Below, piece after piece: positions 53,188-64,000 of a DNA stretch of 64,000 bases; the stretch's first letter is position 1; every line of letters starts with the position of its first letter. A program made the position numbers and the translations under genes. The notes under the pieces were generated by a model. That model worked only from the letters and a program-made list of their open reading frames with translations. It did not search any database and was not told the origin of the DNA. Origin of the DNA: Betaproteobacteria bacterium (lineage in GTDB: Bacteria; Pseudomonadota; Gammaproteobacteria; Burkholderiales; Casimicrobiaceae); the NCBI GenBank assembly GCA_039932755.1, contig JBDTPJ010000004.1, forward strand, positions 1,072-65,071. Reading direction: 5' to 3'.

Positions 53188-53725
53188 GCAGGAAGAGCCT
53201 CGCTTTTTCCCAATCTCGAGCGACGGTGCGCACTCCCAGGCCCAGCGCCTGCGCAACCTCGACCTCGCTCATGCCTGCAAAATAGCGCATCTCGACCACC
53301 TGCACGAGTCGCGCGTCGATGGCCGCCAGCTCTTCCAAGGACTCGTGCACGCGCAAGACTTCATCGTCGCGATCGCGAGGTGCCCAATTGATATCCGCTT
53401 CGTCAAGTTCGAAATGAACCGCGGCACCACCGCGGCGTTCAGCGTTTCGTGCGCGGATGGCGTCCACGACGACGGAGCGCATCACGCGCGCCGCATAGGC
53501 CATGAACTGTCCGCGATCGGCGATCGCAACGGCGCCCGATTTCTCGAATCGCAGGTACGACTCGTGCACCAGAGAGGTGGTCTGGACCAAAGTCATGTCG
53601 CCACTTCGTCGCACCCGCGAATGGGCCAAGCGGCGCAACTCCGGATAGAGGAGTGCGTATAACTCGCCGAGGGCTTCGGGCTTACCTTGACCGACAGCCG
53701 CGAGAAGAGATGTCACTTGCCCCAT
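53171..53725 (-). CDS. ECF sigma factor, STK-associated (TIGR02999/ECF43-like)
   Basis: LYPELRRLA, TLVQTTSLVHESYL, AERRGG, VVEMRYFAG, RTVARDW. Confidence 0.93.
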   Translation of the reverse strand: MGQVTSLLAAVGQGKPEALGELYALLYPELRRLAHSRVRRSGDMTLVQTTSLVHESYLRFEKSGAVAIADRGQFMAYAARVMRSVVVDAIRARNAERRGGAAVHFELDEADINWAPRDRDDEVLRVHESLEELAAIDARLVQVVEMRYFAGMSEVEVAQALGLGVRTVARDWEKARLFLHACLR

Positions 53726-53918
53726 GGAGCCAGGTGCAATTTCTCAATAGTTGTTAGCCCAGGGTGAACGGAGATAGATTTTGATCTCTGCAAACGCTCA
53801 TCAAAATCCGTGGTTCTACGCTTCAAAGAATGCCTCAATCGTTGGCAAAGGTCGAGCGCAATCCGTGCTCATCGAGCTCGCGCAGGGAGGAGTAACTAAG
53901 GCGGAAGCGCCGAAGGGG

Positions 53919-55277
<1,359 letters not shown>

Positions 55278-55427
55278 GGGCAAGTTATGAGAGGGGCCGT
55301 GAGGACAACCGGGGGGAACTGAGGAAAACTGGGTGGATGGTCGGGGAGCAAAGGGGGGAACCGGTAGAATTCTAGCTTCCGCCGGCATTCAAGGCCTCGA
55401 ACTTCGTAGCGTCGGGGCCACCCCGCC

Positions 55428-56387
55428 ATGTTCGACCTGTTCAAGAAAAATCCCGCCGACTCCGCCGCGCCGGAAAAACCGTCATGGACGGATCGCCTCA
55501 AGGCAGGACTCGGCCTGTCGCGGGAAAAGCTTGCCAATGCACTGGGCGACGTCTTCGTGCGTCGCGTTCTGGATGACGACGCGCTCAGGGAACTCGAAGG
55601 GGCGCTGCTTACTGCCGACGTGGGCGTGGACGCGACACATCACCTGCTGGATGACCTCAAGGTGCGCTGGAAACGCGCGGGCGCCAACGCAGACCCGCGT
55701 ACAACGTTGGCGGAATCGATGGCCCACTTGCTCGCGCCGCTCGAGGTGCCACTGGTCGTGGGTGCGCAACGCCCGTTCGTCATCATGCTCGTGGGCGTCA
55801 ACGGCGCCGGCAAGACCACGTCTATCGGCAAGCTCGCCAAATGGCTCCAATCGCAGAATTTGTCGGTATTGCTGGCGGCAGGCGACACCTTTCGCGCTGC
55901 GGCGCGGGAGCAACTGACCGTGTGGGGCGAGCGCAACGGTGTCGCGGTGATCCAGCAGGCCGGCGGTGACCCGGCCGCCGTCATGTTCGATGCCGTTTCC
56001 GCGGCGCGCGCGCGCGGCATCGACGTGGTGCTTGCAGACACTGCGGGACGCCTGGCTACACAAACGCACCTGATGGAAGAGTTGCGCAAAGTGAAACGCG
56101 TACTGTCCAAGGCGCAGGAAAACGCGCCCCATGAGGTGCTGCTGGTACTCGACGCCAACACGGGCCAGAACGCGCTCGCGCAAGTACGCGCGTTCGACCA
56201 GGCCGTCGGCCTAACGGGCCTCGTCGTTACCAAGCTCGATGGCAGCGCAAAAGGAGGGGTCGTTGCGGCCATCGCCAAACAGCATCCGGTGCCATTGCGC
56301 TTCATCGGGGTGGGCGAACAGATCGACGACCTGCGGCCCTTCGTGGCGCGGGAATTCGTGGACGCGCTGCTGCCCACGCAAGCCTGA
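55428..56387 (+). CDS. ftsY: SRP receptor FtsY
   Basis: GVNGAGKTT, DTFRAAA, DTAGR, TKLDGSAKGG. Confidence 0.98.
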   Translation: MFDLFKKNPADSAAPEKPSWTDRLKAGLGLSREKLANALGDVFVRRVLDDDALRELEGALLTADVGVDATHHLLDDLKVRWKRAGANADPRTTLAESMAHLLAPLEVPLVVGAQRPFVIMLVGVNGAGKTTSIGKLAKWLQSQNLSVLLAAGDTFRAAAREQLTVWGERNGVAVIQQAGGDPAAVMFDAVSAARARGIDVVLADTAGRLATQTHLMEELRKVKRVLSKAQENAPHEVLLVLDANTGQNALAQVRAFDQAVGLTGLVVTKLDGSAKGGVVAAIAKQHPVPLRFIGVGEQIDDLRPFVAREFVDALLPTQA

Positions 56388-56389
56388 CC

Positions 56390-56924
56390 TCGTCAGAAAA
56401 ACCTCCTCGTCCCGGTAGTTGGTGCGCAACCGGATCAGGTCGCGCTCATCGCCCACGATGTAGATCAATTCATACTGCTTGAACATCGATGCGATCGGTA
56501 AGTACCTTTCGCCGGCTTCGGGTCGCGTTTCGATGGAAATGCTGATCGGTGGCGCATTGTCGAACATGAAGCTCAGGAACGTTTGCCCGATGGGGCCGTC
56601 CATCCAGAACGACACGAAAAAATCCACGCCCTTGAGATGCGCGAGCGACACCTCGCGATCTACGACCAGAAACAATGCCGCGAACACCCACGGCATGCGC
56701 GGCCGGCGCGTGATCCAGAGTGCCCAGGCACCGAACGCGCCAAAGGCAGCCGCCAGCGTGAGCCGAGGCCACGGCCAGGACAGGTTGGAAGAATTGATGG
56801 CCAACGTCGCCCAGACCAACAGCAAGAACCCGCAAAAATAGCCGAGCGCGTGCAGGAGCCAGACAAGCGCTCTCCATAGCCTCGCCGGAATGCCCGGTGC
56901 GCCGCGCGATTCAGTGCTTGTCAT
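56390..56924 (-). pseudogene. DUF4105/Lnb-like membrane protein remnant
   Basis: TM N-terminus, then VDFFVSFW, TFLSF.F, ISIETR.E, KQYELIY.VGDERDLIRLRTNYR.E.V.L; internal segment missing and similarity ends at the ftsY stop. Confidence 0.72.
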
Positions 56925-56984
56925 CGACACAAGCACCAGGACTTCGGATGCGAACATTGGAACGCGAAAGTGCGACGTTACGCT

Positions 56985-57764
56985 TCAAGGGCGTAGCGAC
57001 ACGGCGGCCGGGGCAGGGCGCAACGCGTGGGCGATCGCCAATCCGCCTATGGCCGCAGTCAGATGTTTCAACGCATGCCCCGCAATCAATTCGCGGGATG
57101 CGTTCCATACGAGAACATCGCCGCCTTCAAGGAGCTTGGCCACACCATACCAGGCGATCAACGTCCACCAGGGAAAGGGATCGTCGCCCTTGGCCGTCAG
57201 GCTCAAAAGCAACAGGATGGCCGCCATGCCGCCAAACTGGATGACCGCATACATGGCCAGGTCGCCCGTCGCCTTCCAGTAGTAAACGCTCCCGAACCCA
57301 AGCAGCATCATCAGGATCAGGATGGCCCCTCCACTGCGCTCGCTGACGCGTTCGGCGAGAACGGCCCCGAAGAGGCCCGCAAAGACGATCGTCATCGGCA
57401 GGCGGTCCCAGACCAGCGTTTTGTTGGCCGGGTTCCAGTGGTAATAAGCCGACCCGAAACCCGTCAGGAAGAGTCCCACGAAGAACACATTCAGGCTGTA
57501 TCGGACGACCGGCTCTAGCGGCGGGCGCCGTTGTTCGGTTCGATGGTGCAGGCGCAACAAACCAAGCAGGCCCACGATCACAAAAGCGAGGTTGGACAGC
57601 ACGTCCGCCGCATTGGGTATTCCCAGGAACTGGCGCTGATCCGCAAACCCGTGGTAGCCCTGAGGTTGGGGCACGACGGGCAGGAACAGCCAGATCGCGG
57701 CAAAGACGAGCAGCGTCAGCACGACGTACCACTCTTTGCTGGTCATTGCTTGGGGCGACGGCAT
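56985..57764 (-). CDS. Ceramidase-like (CREST) multi-pass membrane protein
   Basis: YHGFADQR, DVLSNL.F, GSAYYH, WDRLPM, GHALKH. Confidence 0.85.
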   Translation of the reverse strand: MPSPQAMTSKEWYVVLTLLVFAAIWLFLPVVPQPQGYHGFADQRQFLGIPNAADVLSNLAFVIVGLLGLLRLHHRTEQRRPPLEPVVRYSLNVFFVGLFLTGFGSAYYHWNPANKTLVWDRLPMTIVFAGLFGAVLAERVSERSGGAILILMMLLGFGSVYYWKATGDLAMYAVIQFGGMAAILLLLSLTAKGDDPFPWWTLIAWYGVAKLLEGGDVLVWNASRELIAGHALKHLTAAIGGLAIAHALRPAPAAVSLRP

Positions 57765-58069
57765 GGGAAGGCGCTCGAAAGGGATTCGTCGGACGAGGGT
57801 GCAATTCTAGTGGGGCGAAGAAAGTAGTCGACGATCGTTCGAAACGGCGGTCCGCTTCGCCTTGACGGAGGTCCCCCGTCTTGGGACAGGCGTGGGAACG
57901 CATGGCAAACTCTTGATTTGCGAGGGGCGCACGTCGAGGATGCGTCATGTTAGTGTTCGCTCACACTCTTGAAGAGGTCCCTATTTATTGGATCAATTTG
58001 TCCAACCCCAGCAATGGAACCTGACCCCCCTTCCCGGTACTCCAAGCTAAACCCGATTGATTTAGTCGG

Positions 58070-58096
58070 GAACTTGGCGCACACTTAGCACTCCAA
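58070..58096 (+). promoter_or_regulatory. SigmaE-type promoter of rpoH
   Basis: GAACTT-N16-TCCAA; a weaker similar motif at 58017-58045. Confidence 0.75.
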
Positions 58097-58111
58097 TGTG
58101 TCGAGTGCTAA
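58085..58111. promoter_or_regulatory. CIRCE element (HrcA operator)
   Basis: Perfect TTAGCACTC-N9-GAGTGCTAA. Confidence 0.96.
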
Positions 58112-58180
58112 AATCAACTCTGGCGCCTGCGGTTGAATTCTTCGGACCGTGTCTGTAGCGCCCTTTTTTGGAGACCTGGC

Positions 58181-59041
58181 ATGACAAGCACGACGCTGGC
58201 TTTCCCGACTCCCGCCTCACTGGGGAGCCTTGATCATTACATCCAGGCAGTGAACCGGTTCCCGCTTTTGACCCAGGAACAGGAAACCGCGCTGGGACGC
58301 AAGCTACAGTCGACGGATGATATCGACGCCGCTCGCTCGCTCGTGCTTTCGCACCTGCGACTGGTGGTGGCCGTCTCGCGCAATTACGCCGGCTACGGCC
58401 TGCCGCAGGCCGACCTGATCCAGGAAGGCAATGTCGGCCTCATGAAGGCCGTGCGCCGGTTTGATCCCGAGCGCGGGGTGCGCCTGGTCTCGTTCGCGTT
58501 GCATTGGATCCGCGCCGAAATGCACGAGTACATCCTGCGCAACTGGCGTCTGGTCAAAGTTGCCACCACCAAGGCGCAGCGCAAGCTCTTCTTCAACCTG
58601 CGCAGCATGAAGGTGAGTTCGGCCGCGCTGTCGGTGGCCGACGCCAAAGCCATCGCGAAGGACCTGGGTGTCAAGCCGGAGGAAGTGGTGGAAATGGAAA
58701 CGCGCCTCACCGGCCACGACATTTCGATCGATCCGACGCCTGGCGACGAGGAAAACAGCGTTTCGCCAATCGCTTACCTAACGGACAGCGACGACGAACC
58801 CGCGCGCATCTTCGAGCGCAAGCAGACGGCCCAGCATCGCACGCGCGGGCTCAATACCGCTCTCGCGAAACTGGACGATCGCAGCCGCCGGATCATCGAG
58901 GCGCGTTGGCTGCGCGAGGACGACTCGACGTCGACGCTGCAGGAATTGGCCGATGAATATGGCGTATCCGCTGAACGGATCCGTCAGATCGAGAGCAAGG
59001 CGATGAAGTCGATCCGCGGGCAGATGTCACAGACTTTGTAA
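58181..59041 (+). CDS. rpoH: RNA polymerase sigma-32
   Basis: [14 protein letters not shown], RpoH box [19 protein letters not shown]. Confidence 0.98.
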   Translation: MTSTTLAFPTPASLGSLDHYIQAVNRFPLLTQEQETALGRKLQSTDDIDAARSLVLSHLRLVVAVSRNYAGYGLPQADLIQEGNVGLMKAVRRFDPERGVRLVSFALHWIRAEMHEYILRNWRLVKVATTKAQRKLFFNLRSMKVSSAALSVADAKAIAKDLGVKPEEVVEMETRLTGHDISIDPTPGDEENSVSPIAYLTDSDDEPARIFERKQTAQHRTRGLNTALAKLDDRSRRIIEARWLREDDSTSTLQELADEYGVSAERIRQIESKAMKSIRGQMSQTL

Positions 59042-59107
59042 CCGCGCTCAATCGCGGCAGGGCAAGTCCAAGGAGGGAATTACCGCTAGCGAGCCTCTGC
59101 GCCAGTC

Positions 59108-60988
59108 CTACAGTTCCACTTGCGTCCCAAGCTCCACCACACGATTGGACGGTATGCTGAAGAAGTCCGAGGCCTTGGTTGCGTTCTTGGACATCGAAAC
59201 GAACAGCCGCTCGCGCCACAGGGCCATGCCCGGCGCCACGGTGGGTATAAGCGTTTCACGCGACACGAAGAACGAAGTCTCCATCATGTCGAAGACGAAC
59301 CCGTCGCGCCCGCACTGCTCCAGGAGTTCCGGTATGTCCGGGTCTTCCTTGAAGCCGTAGCGCGCCGTGATCTGAAAGAATTCGCAGCCCAGCGGCAGGG
59401 CCTCATAGCGATCATCGGTCGGCACTACGGGGATGTGTTCGGTCAATACCGTCAGGAACACCACGCGTTCGTGCAGCACCTTGTTGTGCTTCAGGTTGTG
59501 CAGCAGCGCATGCGGCACGCTGTTGCGCGTCGACGTAAGGAAAATGGATGTGCCTGTCACACGCGTCGGCGGTGACGCTTCGATGCTCTGGATGAAAAGA
59601 TCAAGCGGCATGGCATCGTCGGAAAGTCTTCGCATCAGCATCGCACGGCCCTTCTTCCATGTTGTCAGGAGTGTGAACACGACGATGCCGCTCAATATCG
59701 GGAACCAGCCCCCCTCGGGAATCTTGAGCGAATTCGAGGCCAGGAACGCGAAGTCGATCAGCACGAACGGAACGGCCACGGCCAGGGCAAATACCATGGG
59801 CCACATCCATAGGCGCCGCATCACCACGAACAGCGAGATCGAATCGATCAACATCGCAAGCGTTACCGCGATGCCGTAGGCGCCTGCCAGGTTGCTCGAA
59901 CTTCTGAATCCAATGACCAGTAGGATGACGGCGATGAGCAGCGCCCAATTGATGAACGGGACGTAGATCTGCCCGATCTGCTTCTCGGACGTATGCATGA
60001 TCGTGAGGCGAGGGCAGTAACCCATCTGGATGGCCTGCCGCGTCAGCGAGAACGCCCCGGAAATGACCGCCTGCGAGGCGATGACGGTCGCGCAGGTCGC
60101 GAGTATCACCATAGGCAGCAAGGCCCACGTGGGCGCCAGCAGATAAAACGGGTTCTTCACTGCCGCCGCGTCGGACAGTATCAGCGCTCCCTGCCCGAAA
60201 TAATTGAGCACGAGTGCAGGCATCACGAACAGGACCCAGGCGCGGCGAATGGGCGACTTGCCGAAATGTCCCATGTCGGCGTAGAGCGCCTCCGTGCCCG
60301 TCACCGCCAGCACGATTGCACCGAGCGCCAGGAACGACAGTGTCGGGCTGCCAACGAAAAAAGCGATCGCGTACGTCGGGTTGAGCGCCTCGAGCACGCC
60401 CGGATGGCGCACCACACCCGCGATGCCGAGCGCGGCGATCACGACGAACCAAACGCACATCACCGGGCCGAAGAATGCGCCGACACGACCGGTGCCATGG
60501 CGCTGGATGGCGAACAGCGCGACCAGGATGCACAAGGTGGTCGGCACGACGTATTGATGCAGCCCGGGCGCCATGACTTCCAGGCCTTCCACGGCCGACA
60601 ACACGGAAATCGCCGGCGTGATCATGCCGTCGCCGTAGAACATCGCGGCGCCGAAGATGCCGAAGCCCACCAGCCACCAGCGCCGTCGAGGCTGACCTTC
60701 CAGGCCGCGCGAGACGAGCGCGGTCAGCGCCAGCACGCCGCCCTCGCCCCGATTGTCCGCGCGCAGCACCAGCGTCACGTACTTCAGGGTCACGATGATC
60801 AACAACGCCCAGAAGATCACCGAGAGCACACCCAGCACATTGGCCGGCGTCACTGGGAGCGCATGCGGCCCGTGGAACGCCTCCCGCAATGTGTACAACG
60901 GACTGGTCCCGATGTCGCCGTAGACGACACCGATGGCGCCGACCACCAAGGCGGCCGAGCGTTTGCGATCGGGTGCGGAGGCGCTCAC
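59108..60988 (-). CDS. kup: Potassium transporter Kup
   Basis: GVVYGDIGTSPLY, ADNRGEGG, EALYADMGHF, GQIYVP. Confidence 0.98.
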   Translation of the reverse strand: MSASAPDRKRSAALVVGAIGVVYGDIGTSPLYTLREAFHGPHALPVTPANVLGVLSVIFWALLIIVTLKYVTLVLRADNRGEGGVLALTALVSRGLEGQPRRRWWLVGFGIFGAAMFYGDGMITPAISVLSAVEGLEVMAPGLHQYVVPTTLCILVALFAIQRHGTGRVGAFFGPVMCVWFVVIAALGIAGVVRHPGVLEALNPTYAIAFFVGSPTLSFLALGAIVLAVTGTEALYADMGHFGKSPIRRAWVLFVMPALVLNYFGQGALILSDAAAVKNPFYLLAPTWALLPMVILATCATVIASQAVISGAFSLTRQAIQMGYCPRLTIMHTSEKQIGQIYVPFINWALLIAVILLVIGFRSSSNLAGAYGIAVTLAMLIDSISLFVVMRRLWMWPMVFALAVAVPFVLIDFAFLASNSLKIPEGGWFPILSGIVVFTLLTTWKKGRAMLMRRLSDDAMPLDLFIQSIEASPPTRVTGTSIFLTSTRNSVPHALLHNLKHNKVLHERVVFLTVLTEHIPVVPTDDRYEALPLGCEFFQITARYGFKEDPDIPELLEQCGRDGFVFDMMETSFFVSRETLIPTVAPGMALWRERLFVSMSKNATKASDFFSIPSNRVVELGTQVEL

Positions 60989-61051
60989 GCGTAGTGCAGC
61001 AAAGTGAACAAATGCAGAGGAATGCAGTGGAAGGGGAACGATGCCGCGGGA

Positions 61052-62341
61052 CTACGTTGCCGGTGTCTCGTCCGTGCGCCGCGAGAAGCGTATGTTGAGC
61101 TGCTTCAATTTGCGGTAGAGATGGGTGCGTTCGAGTCCCGCCTTTTCCGCAACCTTGCTCATGTTGCTTTGCTCCTTGCCAAGCAGTTGCTCGAAGTAGA
61201 TGCGCTCGAACGCCTCGCGCGCCTCGCGCAGCGGAAGTTCGAAGAACCGCGCGGTGATCTCCGGCGCAAGCGACGGGTTGGGCGCCGCCGCCTCACCCAG
61301 AAGGCGCTTCACGAGATCCGTGGTGACCTCGCCTCGCAACAGCACGAGGTTCTGCACCACGCCGGCCAGGTGATCGAGATTGCCCGGCCAATGCGCACCG
61401 GAGAGCGTCGTCAGCGCAGCCGGCGGCAGCGCCGAGAGCAACGGCGGCGTGACCGCGCCCTTGTTCGCCTCGCGCCAGAAGCGCTCGATCAGCGGGAGGA
61501 TATCCTCGCGCCGTGTGCGCAGCGGTGGGAGCATGACCGCGCCGGAAGAAAGTTCTGCAAGGAGTGCCGCGTCGAATTTGCCCTCGGCCGCGAGATTGCC
61601 CAGCGGCTCGGCGCTGGTGCAGACCAGAGTGACATTGTGCTTTTCAAGCTTGGGCAACAGGAACGACAGGCCCTTCTGCTCGGCCTTGGAGTACTGCCCG
61701 ATCTCGGCGCAGTAAAGCGTGCCCTCGTGCGCCTCCTCGATCAGCGCAAGCGGGTTCGCGGTCAGCCGCTGGCCATTCGCCAGAGAAATCCATGGCGCAT
61801 CCGGCATCTGCAGCGCACGCGCCGCTATGTCATGCCCGGCCCCGGGTTCGCCAACGATCAGGATCGCGCGCCGCGCCGCGATGAGCTGGTCCAACGCCCG
61901 CTCGGTTTCGCGAACTGCCGCCCCCGCGCCGAGCGCGGCCAGCGAAACATGGCGCGGCTCCTGCGTCGCCGCGACCTTGAACGCGCGGGCGATGGTGGCG
62001 AGCAGCTTCGCCAAGCCGATCGGCTTTTCCAGGAAGTCGAATGCGCCGATCTTGGTGGCGTCGACGGCGGTCTCGATCGTCCCGTGTCCGGACATCATCA
62101 CCACCGGCATCGTCAGGAGGCCATTGCCCGCCCACTCGCGCAGCAGCGTCACGCCATCCGTGTCCGGCATCCAGATGTCCAGCAGCACGAGTGCGGGTTG
62201 CTGCCGCTGCCGGTAGGCGCGCGCCTCGCCTGCGTTTTCCGCGGTCGCCACCCGATAGCCTTCGTCCTCGAGGATTTCCGAGAGCAGTTCGCGGATGCCG
62301 ACTTCATCGTCGACGATGAGAATTTCCCTGAGCAGTGCCAT
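61052..62341 (-). CDS. ntrX: NtrX-like response regulator (REC, degenerate AAA+, Fis HTH)
   Basis: LLDIWMPD, MMSGHG, FLEKP; WPGN; LREAREAFER..ERTHLYRKLK. Confidence 0.85.
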   Translation of the reverse strand: MALLREILIVDDEVGIRELLSEILEDEGYRVATAENAGEARAYRQRQQPALVLLDIWMPDTDGVTLLREWAGNGLLTMPVVMMSGHGTIETAVDATKIGAFDFLEKPIGLAKLLATIARAFKVAATQEPRHVSLAALGAGAAVRETERALDQLIAARRAILIVGEPGAGHDIAARALQMPDAPWISLANGQRLTANPLALIEEAHEGTLYCAEIGQYSKAEQKGLSFLLPKLEKHNVTLVCTSAEPLGNLAAEGKFDAALLAELSSGAVMLPPLRTRREDILPLIERFWREANKGAVTPPLLSALPPAALTTLSGAHWPGNLDHLAGVVQNLVLLRGEVTTDLVKRLLGEAAAPNPSLAPEITARFFELPLREAREAFERIYFEQLLGKEQSNMSKVAEKAGLERTHLYRKLKQLNIRFSRRTDETPAT

Positions 62342-62352
62342 GTACTTTTCCG

Positions 62353-64000
62353 TCAGGCCGCGGCAGCGGCATTTTTCGCGGTCGCTAGGACCGGGAAATG
62401 CAACGTTACGCGCGCGCCATGCGGCTGCACGTTTTCGAGCACGACGCGCCCGCCATGCTCATCAATAATCTTTTTCACGATCGCGAGCCCCAGGCCCGTT
62501 CCTTTCGCTTTGGTCGTTATGTACGGCTCGAACGCATGCGCCAGCACGTCCTGCGCAAAACCGGGGCCGCCATCGGAAAATGTGAGCGTGGCCTCCCGGT
62601 CATTTGCGGTCAGGCTGATCGCGAATTGCGGCTCGGCCACATCGACCTGTGCCTCAACCGCGTTCGAGAGAAGATTGTGGAACACCTGGCGCAGACGGGT
62701 TGGTTCGCCCTGCACCAGTACCGGATCTTCGGCCAAGGATAACGCAACGTGGGGGCGCAGATTGTCGTACAGACCCAGCACGTCAAGCAAGAGGGTTGCC
62801 ATGTCCACCTGCTGGAGTTGGCCGGGTCGGGGCTGTCGGGCATAAATGGCGAAGTCGTCTACCATGTGTTTCATGGCGCCGACTTGCGACACGATGGTCT
62901 GCGTTCCGCGCTTCAGCGTTTCCTGATCAGGGCCCTCGAGCTTGGGGGCGAGCTTAACCGCCAGCCGCTCGGCCGAGAGCTGGATCGGCGTCAGTGGATT
63001 CTTGATCTCGTGGGCAAGGCGCCGCGCAACTTCCGCCCACGCAGCATCGCGCTGTGCCTGCACCAGCTCGGACACGTCGTCGAACACCACGATGTACCCT
63101 GCCGCCTCCACCGTGCCTGGCAGGCGCGTGCCACGCATCAGCAAAGTCCGGGAGTGCGCGGCCACACCCAATTCGGCCTCCTTCTGCCACTGCCCGTCAC
63201 GGCTGCCACGAAAGCCTTCGGCGACGAGTTCGGCGAACGACGCCAGCGCAGGCAAACGCTTGCCCCACTCGGTCAGCGGCATCCCGAGCAACTCCGCCAG
63301 CGGCTGCTGCAGTATGACCGCAGCGCTCGGATTGACGGTGCGCAGGCTATGTCCTTCATCGAAAGCCATGACGCCGGAAGACAGGTTGCCCAGGACACTT
63401 TCGAGATAGGCGCGCGTGGTTTCCGTCGCGTGCCGGCTTTCTTCCGCCTTTACCTGGGAGTCGGCAAGTTGTGCCGTCATGGTGTTGAACGACTCGGTCA
63501 GCACACCCAGCTCATCGCGCGATACCACGGGCTGGCGGCGCGTGAAGTCGCCCTGAGCCACGGCGCGCGTGCCTTCGGCCAGCAGCCCGAGCGGCGCGGC
63601 AAAACGCTCGGACAGCACGACCGCGAGACCCAGCGCGGTCGTCAGCGCCAGAAGCAGCGTCAGCGCCAGGGTAAGCTGGTAGAGCTGCTTAAGCCCGGTG
63701 CGCAGCAGCGTCAATTCACGATAGTCGCGCACGCCGGAGCGCACGCGCTCGGCCTCCTGCGCCAGCGCCTTGGGCACCGGCTCGACAACCTGCAACAACT
63801 TCAGTGGATTGGTGACGTCGTCCGTATTGACCGGCACTACCACGCGCAGGATGAGGCCCCCTTCACCGGTCTCCTCGATTTTCTTGTAGGGCTGCTGCAG
63901 TCGCGCCAGCCGCAGCGCTTCCGGTGGCGGTGGTTCGGGCGTGGAACGCACGCCGCCGGTGCCGGCCATCGCCAGCACGCCGCCTGTCGGTGTGAACAAC
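62353..64000 (-). CDS. ntrY: NtrY-like sensor histidine kinase (partial, runs off the window end)
   Basis: HAMP, PAS, AWAEVARRLAHEIKNPLTPIQLSAERL, GTGLGL. Confidence 0.9.
   Translation of the reverse strand, partial: LFTPTGGVLAMAGTGGVRSTPEPPPPEALRLARLQQPYKKIEETGEGGLILRVVVPVNTDDVTNPLKLLQVVEPVPKALAQEAERVRSGVRDYRELTLLRTGLKQLYQLTLALTLLLALTTALGLAVVLSERFAAPLGLLAEGTRAVAQGDFTRRQPVVSRDELGVLTESFNTMTAQLADSQVKAEESRHATETTRAYLESVLGNLSSGVMAFDEGHSLRTVNPSAAVILQQPLAELLGMPLTEWGKRLPALASFAELVAEGFRGSRDGQWQKEAELGVAAHSRTLLMRGTRLPGTVEAAGYIVVFDDVSELVQAQRDAAWAEVARRLAHEIKNPLTPIQLSAERLAVKLAPKLEGPDQETLKRGTQTIVSQVGAMKHMVDDFAIYARQPRPGQLQQVDMATLLLDVLGLYDNLRPHVALSLAEDPVLVQGEPTRLRQVFHNLLSNAVEAQVDVAEPQFAISLTANDREATLTFSDGGPGFAQDVLAHAFEPYITTKAKGTGLGLAIVKKIIDEHGGRVVLENVQPHGARVTLHFPVLATAKNAAAAA

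Noticed and set aside
56211-56387. DUF4105 ORF C-terminus overlapping ftsY antisense
   Set aside because: Read-through after truncation, not homologous sequence
57968-57986. CTTGAA...CCCTAT as a sigma32 promoter
   Set aside because: Spacer is about 5 bp rather than 13-17 bp

Overview
GC-rich betaproteobacterial chromosome segment (gene order resembles Burkholderiales/Rhodocyclales; taxonomy is inferred). The backbone is housekeeping: mltA (partial), lipA-lipB-ybeD, dat-dacA, a glycine-riboswitch-led gcvTHP-dadA, comM-ubiK, sigma54/NtrC-controlled torF-glnK-amtB, xerC-yigA-dapF-ychF-pth-rplY-prs-tRNA-Gln-ispE-lolB-TPR, mutM-dynamin, fdx-coaD-rsmD-ftsY, CIRCE-controlled rpoH, kup and an ntrYX-like pair. 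No CRISPR array, transposase or phage genes were seen. Several small accessory inserts are the most interesting parts. (1) A highly structured ~165-nt non-coding element with an internal terminator-like U-tract precedes an orphan membrane ORF that is flanked by 22-bp direct repeats (20.8-21.6 kb). (2) A membrane TIR-TolB-TPR receptor is divergent from a small multi-TM protein between amtB and xerC. (3) An ECF sigma/Ser-Thr kinase pair lies upstream of an unusual MauG/BthA-like di-heme lipoprotein. (4) A Xre-RES toxin-antitoxin pair is translationally coupled to lipB. (5) An AT-richer S41 peptidase abuts comM. (6) Two genes carry apparent in-frame deletions. All family assignments come from motif recognition by eye; no database search was run.
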